A stretch of 23,273 nt of DNA from Octopus sinensis (taxonomy: Eukaryota): the NCBI RefSeq assembly GCF_006345805.1, contig NW_021823927.1, forward strand, positions 1 to 23,273, given 5' to 3'. The position numbers were made by a program, and so were the translations under genes. Under the pieces are notes generated by a model. The model was not told the DNA's origin and searched no databases. It saw only the letters and a list, made by a program, of their open reading frames with translations. Shown here piece by piece: positions 1 to 9,517 of this stretch. The number at the start of each line of letters is the position of its first letter. The stretch's first letter is position 1.

Positions 1-73
1 TTTTTAATTTTATTTTCAGAATATAAAAAAAAAAAAAAAAGAAAAAAGATTTCCTTCGTAATTCAAAGAATAT

Positions 74-82
74 GATTGGCGG
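74..82 (-). promoter_or_regulatory. Candidate CCAAT (NF-Y) box upstream of the start-codon exon
   Basis: GATTGGC at 74-80 (reverse GCCAATCA) lies about 77 nt upstream of an Inr-like CCAGTC (152-157). It is a short motif, and a competing splice-acceptor reading exists at 117-144. Confidence 0.3.
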
Positions 83-247
83 TCAGATTTACTTATTAAA
101 TGCGCAATTTCGTTCGCACTAATTTGAACGTTTTCCTCTGCCAGATAATATCCAGTCCCACCCAGGTACTAACTCTGCACACAGCTGCGCTTCTCTTGTT
201 GGTGTTGACAAGATTTGGTGTCATTTGTTTCCCTGGTATCACGCATC

Positions 248-278
<31 letters not shown>

Positions 279-332
279 CCTGCCTGGTGCCGTTGACGCA
301 AAAACGATAAAAAAGGAAAAGAAGAAGAAAAA

Positions 333-365
333 ATGGATGTGTGGACTGAATATTCCAATACTAAC
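333..365 (+). CDS. PAH: First coding exon of phenylalanine-4-hydroxylase-like gene (MDVWTEYSNTN)
   Basis: ATG in strong context (aaaATGG), in-frame upstream TGA at 294-296, no other ATG in 145-332, and a perfect GTAAGT donor at 366-371 after 11 whole codons. Phase 0 matches the phase-0 acceptor of the exon at 20740. Linkage across 20 kb is inferred, not shown by a transcript. Confidence 0.65.
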
Positions 366-444
366 GTAAGTTAAAAGATTTATATGTATTCTCCAGCTAC
401 CTTTCACTACAGAAGAATTAATACATATATACACACACAGTGTC

Positions 445-594
445 TGTATGTATGTATGCGTGTATTATGTGTATATATATATATATGAGATATATATATA
501 TAATATAATATATATATATATATATATATATTATTGTGTGTGTATATATATTGTGTTGTGTGTGTGTGTATATATATGTGTGTGTGTGTGTGTA

Positions 595-625
<31 letters not shown>

Positions 626-632
626 TATATAC
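445..632. repeat. Compound (TA)n/(TG)n microsatellite
   Basis: Directly visible dinucleotide runs. Similar tracts occur at ~930-996, 1790-1875, 2167-2272, 2437-2498, 7020-7085, 7200-7272, 13730-13860 and 16500-16753. Confidence 0.95.
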
Positions 633-751
633 TGTGTGTGTCTGGGGAGAGTCATTCTCTTTTAGTCTCCAGACACAACAGAATATGCTTCAACACACGA
701 ACTCATATAAAGAATTTTGCAAACCAAATCCAAAAACGATATATACATATA

Positions 752-834
752 TAAAATTATAATTTAGGGTATCTAAGAGATACCGCCCCTTAGATACTCT
801 AAATCATAATTAGATACCCTAAATTATAATTTTA
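752..834. mobile_element. 83-bp hairpin/MITE-like element with perfect 25-bp inverted repeats
   Basis: 752-776 TAAAATTATAATTTAGGGTATCTAA is the exact reverse complement of 810-834. An extra imperfect right arm lies at 790-810, and both ends are TA. Confidence 0.5.
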
Positions 835-936
835 ATAATAATTATTACCTTTGAAGGTTTTTATTCCCCTGCTGGCCACTTGATAAGATCGATATTTAAA
901 TAATGATCTTATCCTTATTTATATAAATTTTATACA

Positions 937-984
<48 letters not shown>

Positions 985-996
985 ATATATATATAT

Positions 997-1184
997 CAGA
1001 CGCCATGATAGATCGTTAGCCACTACACACATTTTTTCTCTCCTTGTTTTTTCTGTTTCCTTTCTGTAGAAGAGCGTAAGGCCCGAAACGTAAAAGACTT
1101 TTCTATTCCTGAGCGTTATAAAACTACATCTTTTTTTTCTACACTACTGTCTCGTCTTTTGTTTTTTTTCGTAAACCTTTCCCT
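997..1184 (+). mobile_element. Short dispersed repeat (family E), probable Penelope-like terminal repeat remnant with variant hammerhead core
   Basis: Homologous to 2052-2165 and 2275-2436, bounded by microsatellites; contains CTTT-CTGTAGA-A-GAGC..GCCC-GAAAC-GTA-AAAG. Confidence 0.55.
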
Positions 1185-1785
1185 ATATATATATACATAT
1201 AGATATATAAAGCAAAACTATGTATGGAGAAAGTCGCATCATTAATTTTAGAATTCTATTGTGTTAACATATCTAAATATATAAAATGCCATTGCAATTA
1301 ATATTTCCGAAAATACATAATCCTACATCACCAATTTTCTGCTTACCAAAAGTGGCCCACTTGGCACCGTGCATTCATTGCATCGCAACGATTTCCTTGA
1401 TTCACTTTCAGTTTAACTAATTTTGGACCACCTTGAAAATGCTGTGTTAATAAGTGTTTTCGGAAATATTCCTTTCAATAACATTTTCTAAATTTAAATA
1501 GGTTAACACCATAGAAACAATTGTCGGTTTTGTAAGGTGAATTCTACAATTAAATTCGTGAATTTTCTCTAAATGTATTTTCCTTGTCTAATGGTCTGAA
1601 TTTCTGGAAATTCTTCTAAATGATATTTGGATCTACTTACCATACATGAGGAATTTCCTTGGGTGTGTTTCCTACTTTCGTGTATTGGTGTCTGATTGTT
1701 TCATCATGCAGTTAAGTAAATTCGTTGAAATCCGGGCTTTATTGATATCTGCTTCAATGTTTTTTAATCCCTTTTTTTCTCTTTT

Positions 1786-1877
<92 letters not shown>

Positions 1878-2051
1878 GGCAATAATAAATCTCAGAGCGA
1901 GTTAAAACAGTAGCTGCAACACATCGTGATATATATTTGCCATTTAATATGGCTAACCCCTAAGGGTGGATGCTACTGTAGCTTGTAGCCCCAGGAGGAC
2001 AACCTCCTCCAGCTGGCTATAACACACTTTCCTGTGCCCTATCAGTAGATT

Positions 2052-2162
2052 TCGAAACGGTAAAAGACTTTTCTATTTCTATTCCGACCGCTATACTAAT
2101 ACATTTGTTTCGTTTGTACTACTCCACCTGCCTTCGTCTTTTGTTTTTTTTCGTCAACTTTC

Positions 2163-2165
<3 letters not shown>
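2052..2165 (+). mobile_element. 5'-truncated family E copy
   Basis: Runs from CGAAACGGTAAAAGACTTTTCT through CTTCGTCTTTTGTTTTTTTTCGT and ends in (TA)n, like 1084-1184. Confidence 0.55.
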
Positions 2166-2218
<53 letters not shown>

Positions 2219-2274
2219 ATTATAATATATATTATATATATTGTGATGTGTGTGTGTGTACATATATATATACA

Positions 2275-2434
2275 GACATTTTTTTTATTCTCTTTTATTT
2301 CCGCGCGTTCCTTTCTGTTGAAGAGCATAGGCTCGAAATGTAAAAGACTTTCTCACCTTCTCGAGCGTCAAACTAATACACCTGTTTGTTGTTTACACAC
2401 CTGTCTTCGTCATTTGCGTTTCTGTAAATTTCAA

Positions 2435-2436
<2 letters not shown>
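2275..2436 (+). mobile_element. Family E copy with variant hammerhead-like core
   Basis: CTTT-CTGTTGA-A-GAGC-ATAG-GCTC-GAAAT-GTA-AAAG at 2311-2346; ends in (CA)n. Confidence 0.55.
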
Positions 2437-2498
<62 letters not shown>

Positions 2499-2541
2499 AG
2501 GTAATTAGTAAAATATCATTTATTAATTATAAAATATGACA

Positions 2542-2640
2542 ACATCTCTGACAGCTGTTTCGATTCAGTAATGTTTAGATAATTAATTAGTAAAATTAAA
2601 ATCATTATAAGATAAATCTCTTCAGAGGTAATAAAGATAT
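2542..2640 (-). ncRNA. Type I hammerhead ribozyme candidate (Penelope-associated, dimer-type)
   Basis: The minus strand reads CUGAAGA-G (2625-2618) ... C-GAAA-C-AGCU-G-UC (2562-2550), an intact core with a GUC triplet and palindromic AGCU loop III. Helix II is 6 bp (GAUUUA/UGAAUC); helix I is 2 bp, a 7-nt bulge, then 6 bp. Confidence 0.65.
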
Positions 2641-2770
2641 ATCGATTAGAAATACATGCTGAGATAAGCCAGTCATGGAAGACCACAATTCAACATAGGG
2701 GGAGAAGGTGTGTGTGTGCGTGTGTATTTATGTACATATGTGTCTGAATATGTATGTGCGTGTATATATA

Positions 2771-3170
2771 TACTCTTTTACTCTTTTACTTGTTTCAGTC
2801 ATTTGACTGTGGCAATGCTGGAGCACCACCTTTTTAGTCGAGCAAATCGACCCCGGGACTTATTCTTTGTAAGCCTAGTACTTAGTCTATCTGTCTCTTT
2901 TTGCCGAACCGCTAAGTTACGGGGACGTAAACACACCAGCATCGGTTGTCAAGCGATGTTGGGGGACAAACACAGACACACATACATATATATATATATA
3001 CACATATATACGACGGGCTTCTTTCGGTTTCCGTCTACCAAATCCACTCACAAGGCTTTGGTCGGCCCGAGGCTATAGTAGAAGACACTTGCCCAAGGTG
3101 CCACGCCGTGGGACTGAACCCGGAACCATGTGGTTCGTAAGCAAGCTACTTACCACACACAGCCACTCCT
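2771..3170 (-). mobile_element. tRNA-derived SINE, family A (internal microsatellite, (GTAAAAGA)n tail)
   Basis: The minus strand starts AGGAGTGGCTGTGTGTGG (A-box-like) then GGTTCAGTCCC (B-box-like). At least seven further copies occur in the window. Confidence 0.8.
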
Positions 3171-3829
3171 ATATATATATATATATTATATATATATAAT
3201 ATATATATGTTGAGAGAGAGCGCAATGCTTATACATATATGTATAACTGTATATACATATACACACACATACATATACACACGCACACGCACACACATAC
3301 ACGCAAGCATACGTACAGATATAATCACATATATGTGTGTATGCGTACATAATATTATTAGACAGGCGTAAAAGGTGGTTCACAACGATGTAAGCAGGAA
3401 TGATAAGGGATCCCTTTATCAACCATGTTTGTGTTTTTCGTTTCTCTCCCTTCACTAACGTATATTTTTTTTTGATGAGTGGCACGTGGTCCCTGAGAAA
3501 TAGTTTCAGTTACATAATTCTGGAAAGATAATGGGGACAGCTTGCGTAAGCTTGCTACATTTAAAACAAATGCTTCATGTTGTTTAGTAAAAAGCCTTAA
3601 TTATACCCCCCACCCAAGTCCTGTGGAGATGAAAACTTCTAGAACTGGTAAAAAGAAAAAAAAAGACTGCTTTAGCTCCTACTACGGTACGAGCTTTGCG
3701 TATTGGCAACTTTCACCGAGAGTTCGAGCCCATCGCAAATGTTGCAAGTTTTATGTTACCTGGGACTTCGCAATAAATTTGAACTTCGGTCTCTCTCAGA
3801 ATTCTGTTCCCCCATTAGTAAATCTCTCG

Positions 3830-4792
3830 AAGGCGGCGAGCTGGCAGAATCGTTAGCACGCCGAGCGAAATGCTTAGCGGTATTTCGTCTGTCTTTATGT
3901 TCTGAGTTCAAATTCCGCCGAGAGGTCGAATTTGCCTTTCATCCTTTCGGGGTCGATAAATTAAGTACCAGTTACGCACTGGGGTCGATGTAATCGACTT
4001 AATACCTATGTCTGAATACGTTTGTCCCCTCTGTGTTTAGACCCTTGTGGGTAGTAAAGAAATAGGTATTTCGTCTGCCGCTACATTCTGAGTTCAAATT
4101 CCGCCGAGGTCGACTTTGCTTTTATCCTTTCGGGGTCGATTAAATAAGTACTAGTTACGCACTGGAGTCTATATAATCGACTTAATACCTATGTCTGTCC
4201 ATGTTTGTCTCCTCTGTGTTTAGACCCTTGTAGGTAGTAAAGAAATAGGTATTTAGTCTGCCGTTACGTTCTGAGTTCAAATTCCGCCGAGGTCGACTTT
4301 GCCTTTCATCCTTTCAGGGTCGATAAATTAAGTACCAGTTACGCACTGGAGTCGGTGTAATCGACTTAATACCTATGTCTGTCCTTGTTTGTCCCCTCTA
4401 TGTTTAGGCTCTTGTGGGTAGTAAAGAAATGGGTATTTTGTCTGCCGTTACATTCTGAGTTCAAATTCCGCCGAGGTCGACTTTGCTTTTATCCTTTCAG
4501 AGTCGATTAAATAAGTACCAGTTATGCGCTGGGGTCGATATAATCGACTTAATCCCTTTGTCTGTCCTTGTTTGTCCCCTCTATGTTTAGCCCCTTGTGG
4601 CTAATAAAGAAATAGGTATTCAGTCTGTCTTTACGTTCTGAGTTCAAATTCCGCCGAGGTCGACTTTGCCTTTCATCCTTTCGGGGTCGATAAATTAAGT
4701 ACCAGTTACACACTAGGGATCGATCTAATCGACTCCCCACCACCACCACCCAAAAAAATTTCAGGTCTTGTGCTTAGAGTAGAAAAGAATTA
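3830..4792 (+). mobile_element. SINE family B array: one tRNA-like head plus five ~183-bp body units
   Basis: Head AAGGCGGCGAGCTGGCAGAATCG; B-box-like GAGTTCAAATTCC in each unit; unit starts at 3880, 4066, 4249, 4433 and 4616. The CCTTTCATCCTTTCGGGGTCGATAAA..GTACC segment resembles CORE-type SINEs (inference). Confidence 0.85.
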
Positions 4793-4894
4793 GTAAACCT
4801 TTCGTTGTTATTCTTAAACTTGCTTTGAAATTATTATTTTGGTTTAACACTTACGCACATATACGCACACATACTTATATACATATAAATACGT

Positions 4895-5010
4895 GGGTTC
4901 AGTCCCACTGCGTGGGCCACCTGGGGCAAATGTCTTCTACTATAGCCTCGGGCCGACCAATGCCTTGTGAGTGGATTGGTAGACGGAAACTGAAAAGAAG
5001 CCCGTCGTAT
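4895..5010 (+). mobile_element. Family A SINE fragment cut at its internal (TA)n by the duplication junction
   Basis: GGGTTCAGTCCCACTGCG...AAGCCCGTCGTAT; the 3' half is missing here but present in the second copy (6945-7001). Confidence 0.8.
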
Positions 5011-5655
5011 ATATGTATATATATATATATATTATATATATGTTGAGAGAGAGCGCAATGCTTATACATATAGTATAACTGTATACATATACACACACAC
5101 ATATACACACGCACACGCACACACATACACGCAAGCATACGTACAGATATAATCACATATATGTGTGTATGCGTACATAATATTATTAGACAGGCGTAAA
5201 AGGTGGTTCACAACGATGTAAGCAGGAATGATAAGGGATCCCTTTATCAACCATGTTTGTGTTTTTCGTTTCTCTCCCTTCACTAACGTATATTTTTTTT
5301 TGATGAGTGGCACGTGGTCCCTGAGAAATAGTTTCAGTTACATAATTCTGGAAAGATAATGGGGACAGCTTGCGTAAGCTTGCTACATTTAAAACAAATG
5401 CTTCATGTTGTTTAGTAAAAAGCCTTAATTATACCCCCCACCCAAGTCCTGTGGAGATGAAAACTTCTAGAACTGGTAAAAAGAAAAAAAAAGACTGCTT
5501 TAGCTCCTACTACGGTACGAGCTTTGCGTATTGGCAACTTTCACGAGAGTTCGAGCCCATCGCAAATGTTGCAAGTTTTATGTTACCTTGGGACTTCGCA
5601 ATAAATTTGAACTTCGGTCTCTCTCAGAATTCGTTCCCCCATTAGTAAATCTTCG

Positions 5656-6640
5656 AAGGCGGCGAGCTGGCAGAATCGTTAGCACGCCGAGCGAAATGCT
5701 TAGCGGTATTTCGTCTGTCTTTATGTTCTGATAAAAATTCAATTTCCTTTTTTCCCCGAGCCGAGAGGTCGAATTTGCCTTTCATCCTTTCGGGGGTCGA
5801 TAAATTAAGTACCAGTTACGCACTGGGGTCGATGTAATCGACTTAATACCTAGTATGAATACGTTGTCCCCTCTGTGTTTAGACCCTTGTGGGTGGAGTA
5901 AGAAAGAAATAGGTATTTCGTCTGCCGTACATTCTGAGTTCAAATTCCGCCGAGGTCGACTTTGCTTTTATCCTTTCGGGGTCGATTAAATAAGTACGTA
6001 CTAGTTACGCACTGGAGTCTATATAATCGACTTAATACCTATGTCTGTCCATGTTTTTTGTCTCCTCTGTGTTTAGACCCTTGTAGGTAGTAAAGAAATA
6101 GGTATTTAGTGGCCGTTACGTTCTGAGTTCAAATTCCCGAGGGTCGACTTGCCTTTCATCCTTTCAGGGTCGATAAATTAAGTACCAGTTACGCACTGGA
6201 GTCGTTTTGTAATCGACTTAAACCCTATGTCTGTCCTTGTTGTCCCCTCATGTTTAGGCTCTCGTGGGTAGTAAAGAAATGGGTATTTTGTCTGCCGTTA
6301 CATTTGAGTTCAAATTCCGCCGAGGTCGGACTTTGCTTTTATCCTTTCAGAGTCGATTAAATAAGTACCAGTTATGCGCTGGGGTCGATATAATCGACTA
6401 ATCCCTTTGTTGTCCTTGTTTGTCCCCTCTATGTTTAGCCCCTTGTGGCTAATAAAGAAATAGGTATTCAGTCTGTCTTTACGTTCTGAGTTCAAATTCC
6501 GCCGAGGTCGACTTTGCCTTTCATCCTTTCGGGGTCGATAAATTAAGTACCAGTTACACACTAGGGATCGATCTAATCGACTCCCCACCACCACCACCCA
6601 AAAAAATTTCAGGTCTTGTGCTTAGAGTAGAAAAGAATTA
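5656..6640 (+). mobile_element. SINE family B array, duplicate of 3830-4792
   Basis: Same unit order and diagnostic variants, with many extra 1-nt indels. Confidence 0.85.
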
Positions 6641-6742
6641 GTAAACCTTTCGTTGTTATTCTTAAACTTGCTTTGAAATTATTATTTTGGTTTAACACTT
6701 ACGCACATATACGCACACATACTTATATACATATAAATACGT

Positions 6743-6905
6743 GGGTTCAGTCCCACTGCGTGGCACCTGGGGCAAATGTCTTCTACTATAGCCTCGGGCC
6801 GACCAATGCCTTGTGAGTGGATTTGGTAGACGGAAACTGAAAAGAAGCCCGTCGTATATATGTATATATATATATATATTATATATATATATATATGTGT
6901 TGGGG

Positions 6906-6943
<38 letters not shown>

Positions 6944-7001
6944 ATGTTTGTGTGTCCCCGTCACTTAGCGGTTTGGCAAAAAGAGACCGATAGAATAAGT
7001 A
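6743..7001 (+). mobile_element. Family A SINE, partial
   Basis: B-box region, internal (TA)/(TG) tract, then TGTCCCCGTCACTTAGCGGTTTGGCAAAAAGAGACCGATAGAATAAGTA. Confidence 0.8.
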
Positions 7002-7208
7002 ATAGTCGCCGACGGCCCGACCATAACATACATACATCTGCATACATACATACATACATGCATACATACATACATACATACATACAAACAAAAATATCTT
7101 GTTGATGTTGAAATTCCAATGAAGGAACCTTAGGTTTAGGTTAGAAACCGGCCCTTACTCTATTGGCAAGAAATCTTGAAATATTGCTGAATAATGACAT
7201 ATATATAA

Positions 7209-7271
<63 letters not shown>

Positions 7272-7330
7272 TACAGCAGAAAGAATTAATTTTGCGAGTA
7301 AAATCTTATATTTACATTTTACTCTTTCTC

Positions 7331-7732
7331 TCTTTTACTCTTTTACTTGTTTCAGTCATTTGACTGCGGCCATGCTGGAGCACCACCTTTAATCGAGCAA
7401 CTCGACACCGGGACTCATTCTTTTGTAAGCCCAGTACTTATTCTATCGGTCTCTTTTGCCGAACCGCTAAGTAACGGGGACATAAACACACCAGCATCGG
7501 TTGTCAAGCAATGCTAGGGGGACAAACACACACACACAAACACACACACGCATATATATACATATATATATATACGACGGGCTTCTTTCAGTTTCCGTCT
7601 ACCAAATCCACTCACAAGGCTTTGGTCGGCCTGAGGCTATAGTAGAAGACACTTGCCCAAGGTGCCACGCAGTGGGACTGAACCCGGAACCATGTGGTTG
7701 GTAAGCAAGCTACTTACCACACAGCCACTCCT
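7331..7732 (-). mobile_element. Family A SINE, full length
   Basis: Collinear with 2771-3170, 12836-13255 and 22593-22964. Confidence 0.85.
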
Positions 7733-8184
7733 GCACCTATTTTGTTGAGTTCTTTTTGTTTTGTTTCTTTTTTTTGTATACATTTTTATTGTTCGTTAAA
7801 AGAATATCAACTATGAAGCGGAATAAATATTCTTTGGCGACCTACATCCAACACAATCTAATTCTCGTTCAGTTAATGCACGTTTCCTCCTCTCCTCTCC
7901 TCTCCTCCCCTGCCCACCACCACTTATTACCACCTCTTGTCGTCTTAAGTATTGCAAAAACAATTTGTTGGTACTGGAGTCGGTGGGTGGAGGGCAGGGC
8001 GGGGCGGGGCGGAGTTAGGGGGGGGGGGTGTTCTTCAGAAGGCCATCGCTTTAAGCTTTATCTCTTTGCACACAAGCAAACTGGTAAACAGTTTTCTCTG
8101 AGATTTCTCCGAAATAATAATAATAATAAATTGCGTGTTCTTTAATAATAGTGACAACTGGAGATAAAGTGAATCGGGTTTTTG

Positions 8185-9170
8185 AGGTGGTAGGGTGGCG
8201 GTGGTGGTGTGGTGGTGTGTTTGTTTGGTGGTGGTGGTGGTGGTGGTGGTGGTGGTGGTGGTGGCGGTGGTGGTAGTTGTGTTGTTGTTGTTGGCGGGTG
8301 GTTTTGTTGTTGGTGGTGGTGTGGTGGTGTGGTGGTGGTGGTGGTTTGTGTTGTTTGTTGTTTGGCGGTGGTTGTGTTGGTGTGGTGGTGGTTGGTGGTG
8401 GTGGTGGTAATGGTGGTGGTTGTGGTGGTGGTGGTGGTGGTGGTGGTGGTGGTGGTTGTGGTGGTGGTGGTGGTGGTGGTGGTGGTTGTGTTGGTGGTGG
8501 TGGTGGTTGGTTTGTGTGGTGGTGGTGGAGGTGGTGTGGTGGTGGTGGTGGGGTGGTGGTGGGGGCGGTGGTGGTAGTTGTGTTGTTGTTGTTGGCGGTT
8601 GGTTGTGTTGGTGGTGGTGGTGGTGGTGGTGGTGGTGGTGGTGGTGGTGGTGGTGGTGGTGGTGGTGGATGGTAGTGGTGGTGGTGGTGGTGGTGTGTTG
8701 GTGGTGTGGTGGTGGTGGTGTGTGGTTGGTGGTGGTGGTGGTGGTGGTGGTGGAGGTGTGGTGGTGTGGTGGTGGTGGTGGTGAGGTGGTGGTGGTGGTT
8801 GGTGGTGGTGGTGGTGGTGGTGGTGGTGGCGGCGGTGGTGGTGGTGGTGGTGGTAGTAATGGTGGTGGTGGTGGAGATAGTTGTGGTGGGGTAGTGGTTG
8901 AGTGGTGGTAGTGGTGGTAGTGGTTGCAGTGGTGGTGATGGTGGTAATGCTGATAATTTTAGTTGGTGGTAGTGGTTGTTGTTGTTGTTGTGGTGGTGGT
9001 GGTGGTGGTGGTGGTGGTGATGGTTGCAGTGGTGGTGATGGTGGTAATGCTGATAATTTTAGTTGGTGGTAGTGGTTGTTGTTGTTGTGGTGGTGGTGGT
9101 GGTGGTGGTGGTGGTGGTGGTGATGGTGGCGGTGGTTGCTGTGGGGGTGGTCGTCGTCGTTGTCGTGTTC
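8185..9170 (+). repeat. Degenerate (GGT)n/(GTT)n array, about 1 kb
   Basis: Directly visible; includes a ~100-bp internal repeat at 8963-9062 and 9063 onward. Confidence 0.95.
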
Positions 9171-9517
9171 ATAGTGGGGAGTCTTCGTGGCGGTGGGGGA
9201 AAATTGAGGTTAATGCTAGGGTTTGGAAAAAAGAAAAAACCAGAAACCTCCTCCTTCTCCTCCTCAAAAAATACATAAACAAATGAATATCGTTGAGATT
9301 TCCTTTCTGGAACAATGAAACTCGAAGCAGGTAAAGCTATAAAAAAAATAGCGTGTAAATATGGAGTTAAAACGCTATTTAGATAAAAAAAAAAAAAGGG
9401 TCGAAAGCTGCGCGTTAGACTCGAACCCTGGTCAAACGGTTGAGGAACAGACCCAGATTTTTTTAAAAATTAATCTGCACAGCTTACTTACAAGGTGTCT
9501 TCCACCATACTTGTACA

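Larger units (their letters stand above)
3208..6895 (+). repeat. Direct tandem duplication, unit about 1833 bp (3208-5040 and 5041-~6895)
   Basis: TGTTGAGAGAGAGCGCAATG at 3208 and 5041; near-identical unique sequence and SINE arrays; boundaries fall in (TA)n tracts. Confidence 0.9.

Noticed and set aside
167-184. Perfect TACTAAC branch-point word followed by CAG
   Set aside because: No pyrimidine tract between them; weaker than the acceptor at 117-144.
100-369. 89-aa ORF with a poly-Leu, signal-peptide-like stretch
   Set aside because: The Leu run is a (GTT)n microsatellite, and the ORF is out of frame with the Kozak ATG and donor at 333-371.
3542-3549. TTGCGTAA C/EBP or PAR-bZIP site, tempting because mammalian PAH is C/EBP regulated
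   Set aside because: A given 8-mer is expected about 0.7 times on two strands of 23 kb under uniform composition; no supporting evidence.
8195-9286. Overlapping poly-Val/Gly/Trp ORFs
   Set aside because: All three frames of a (GGT)n array lack stops; no coding signal.
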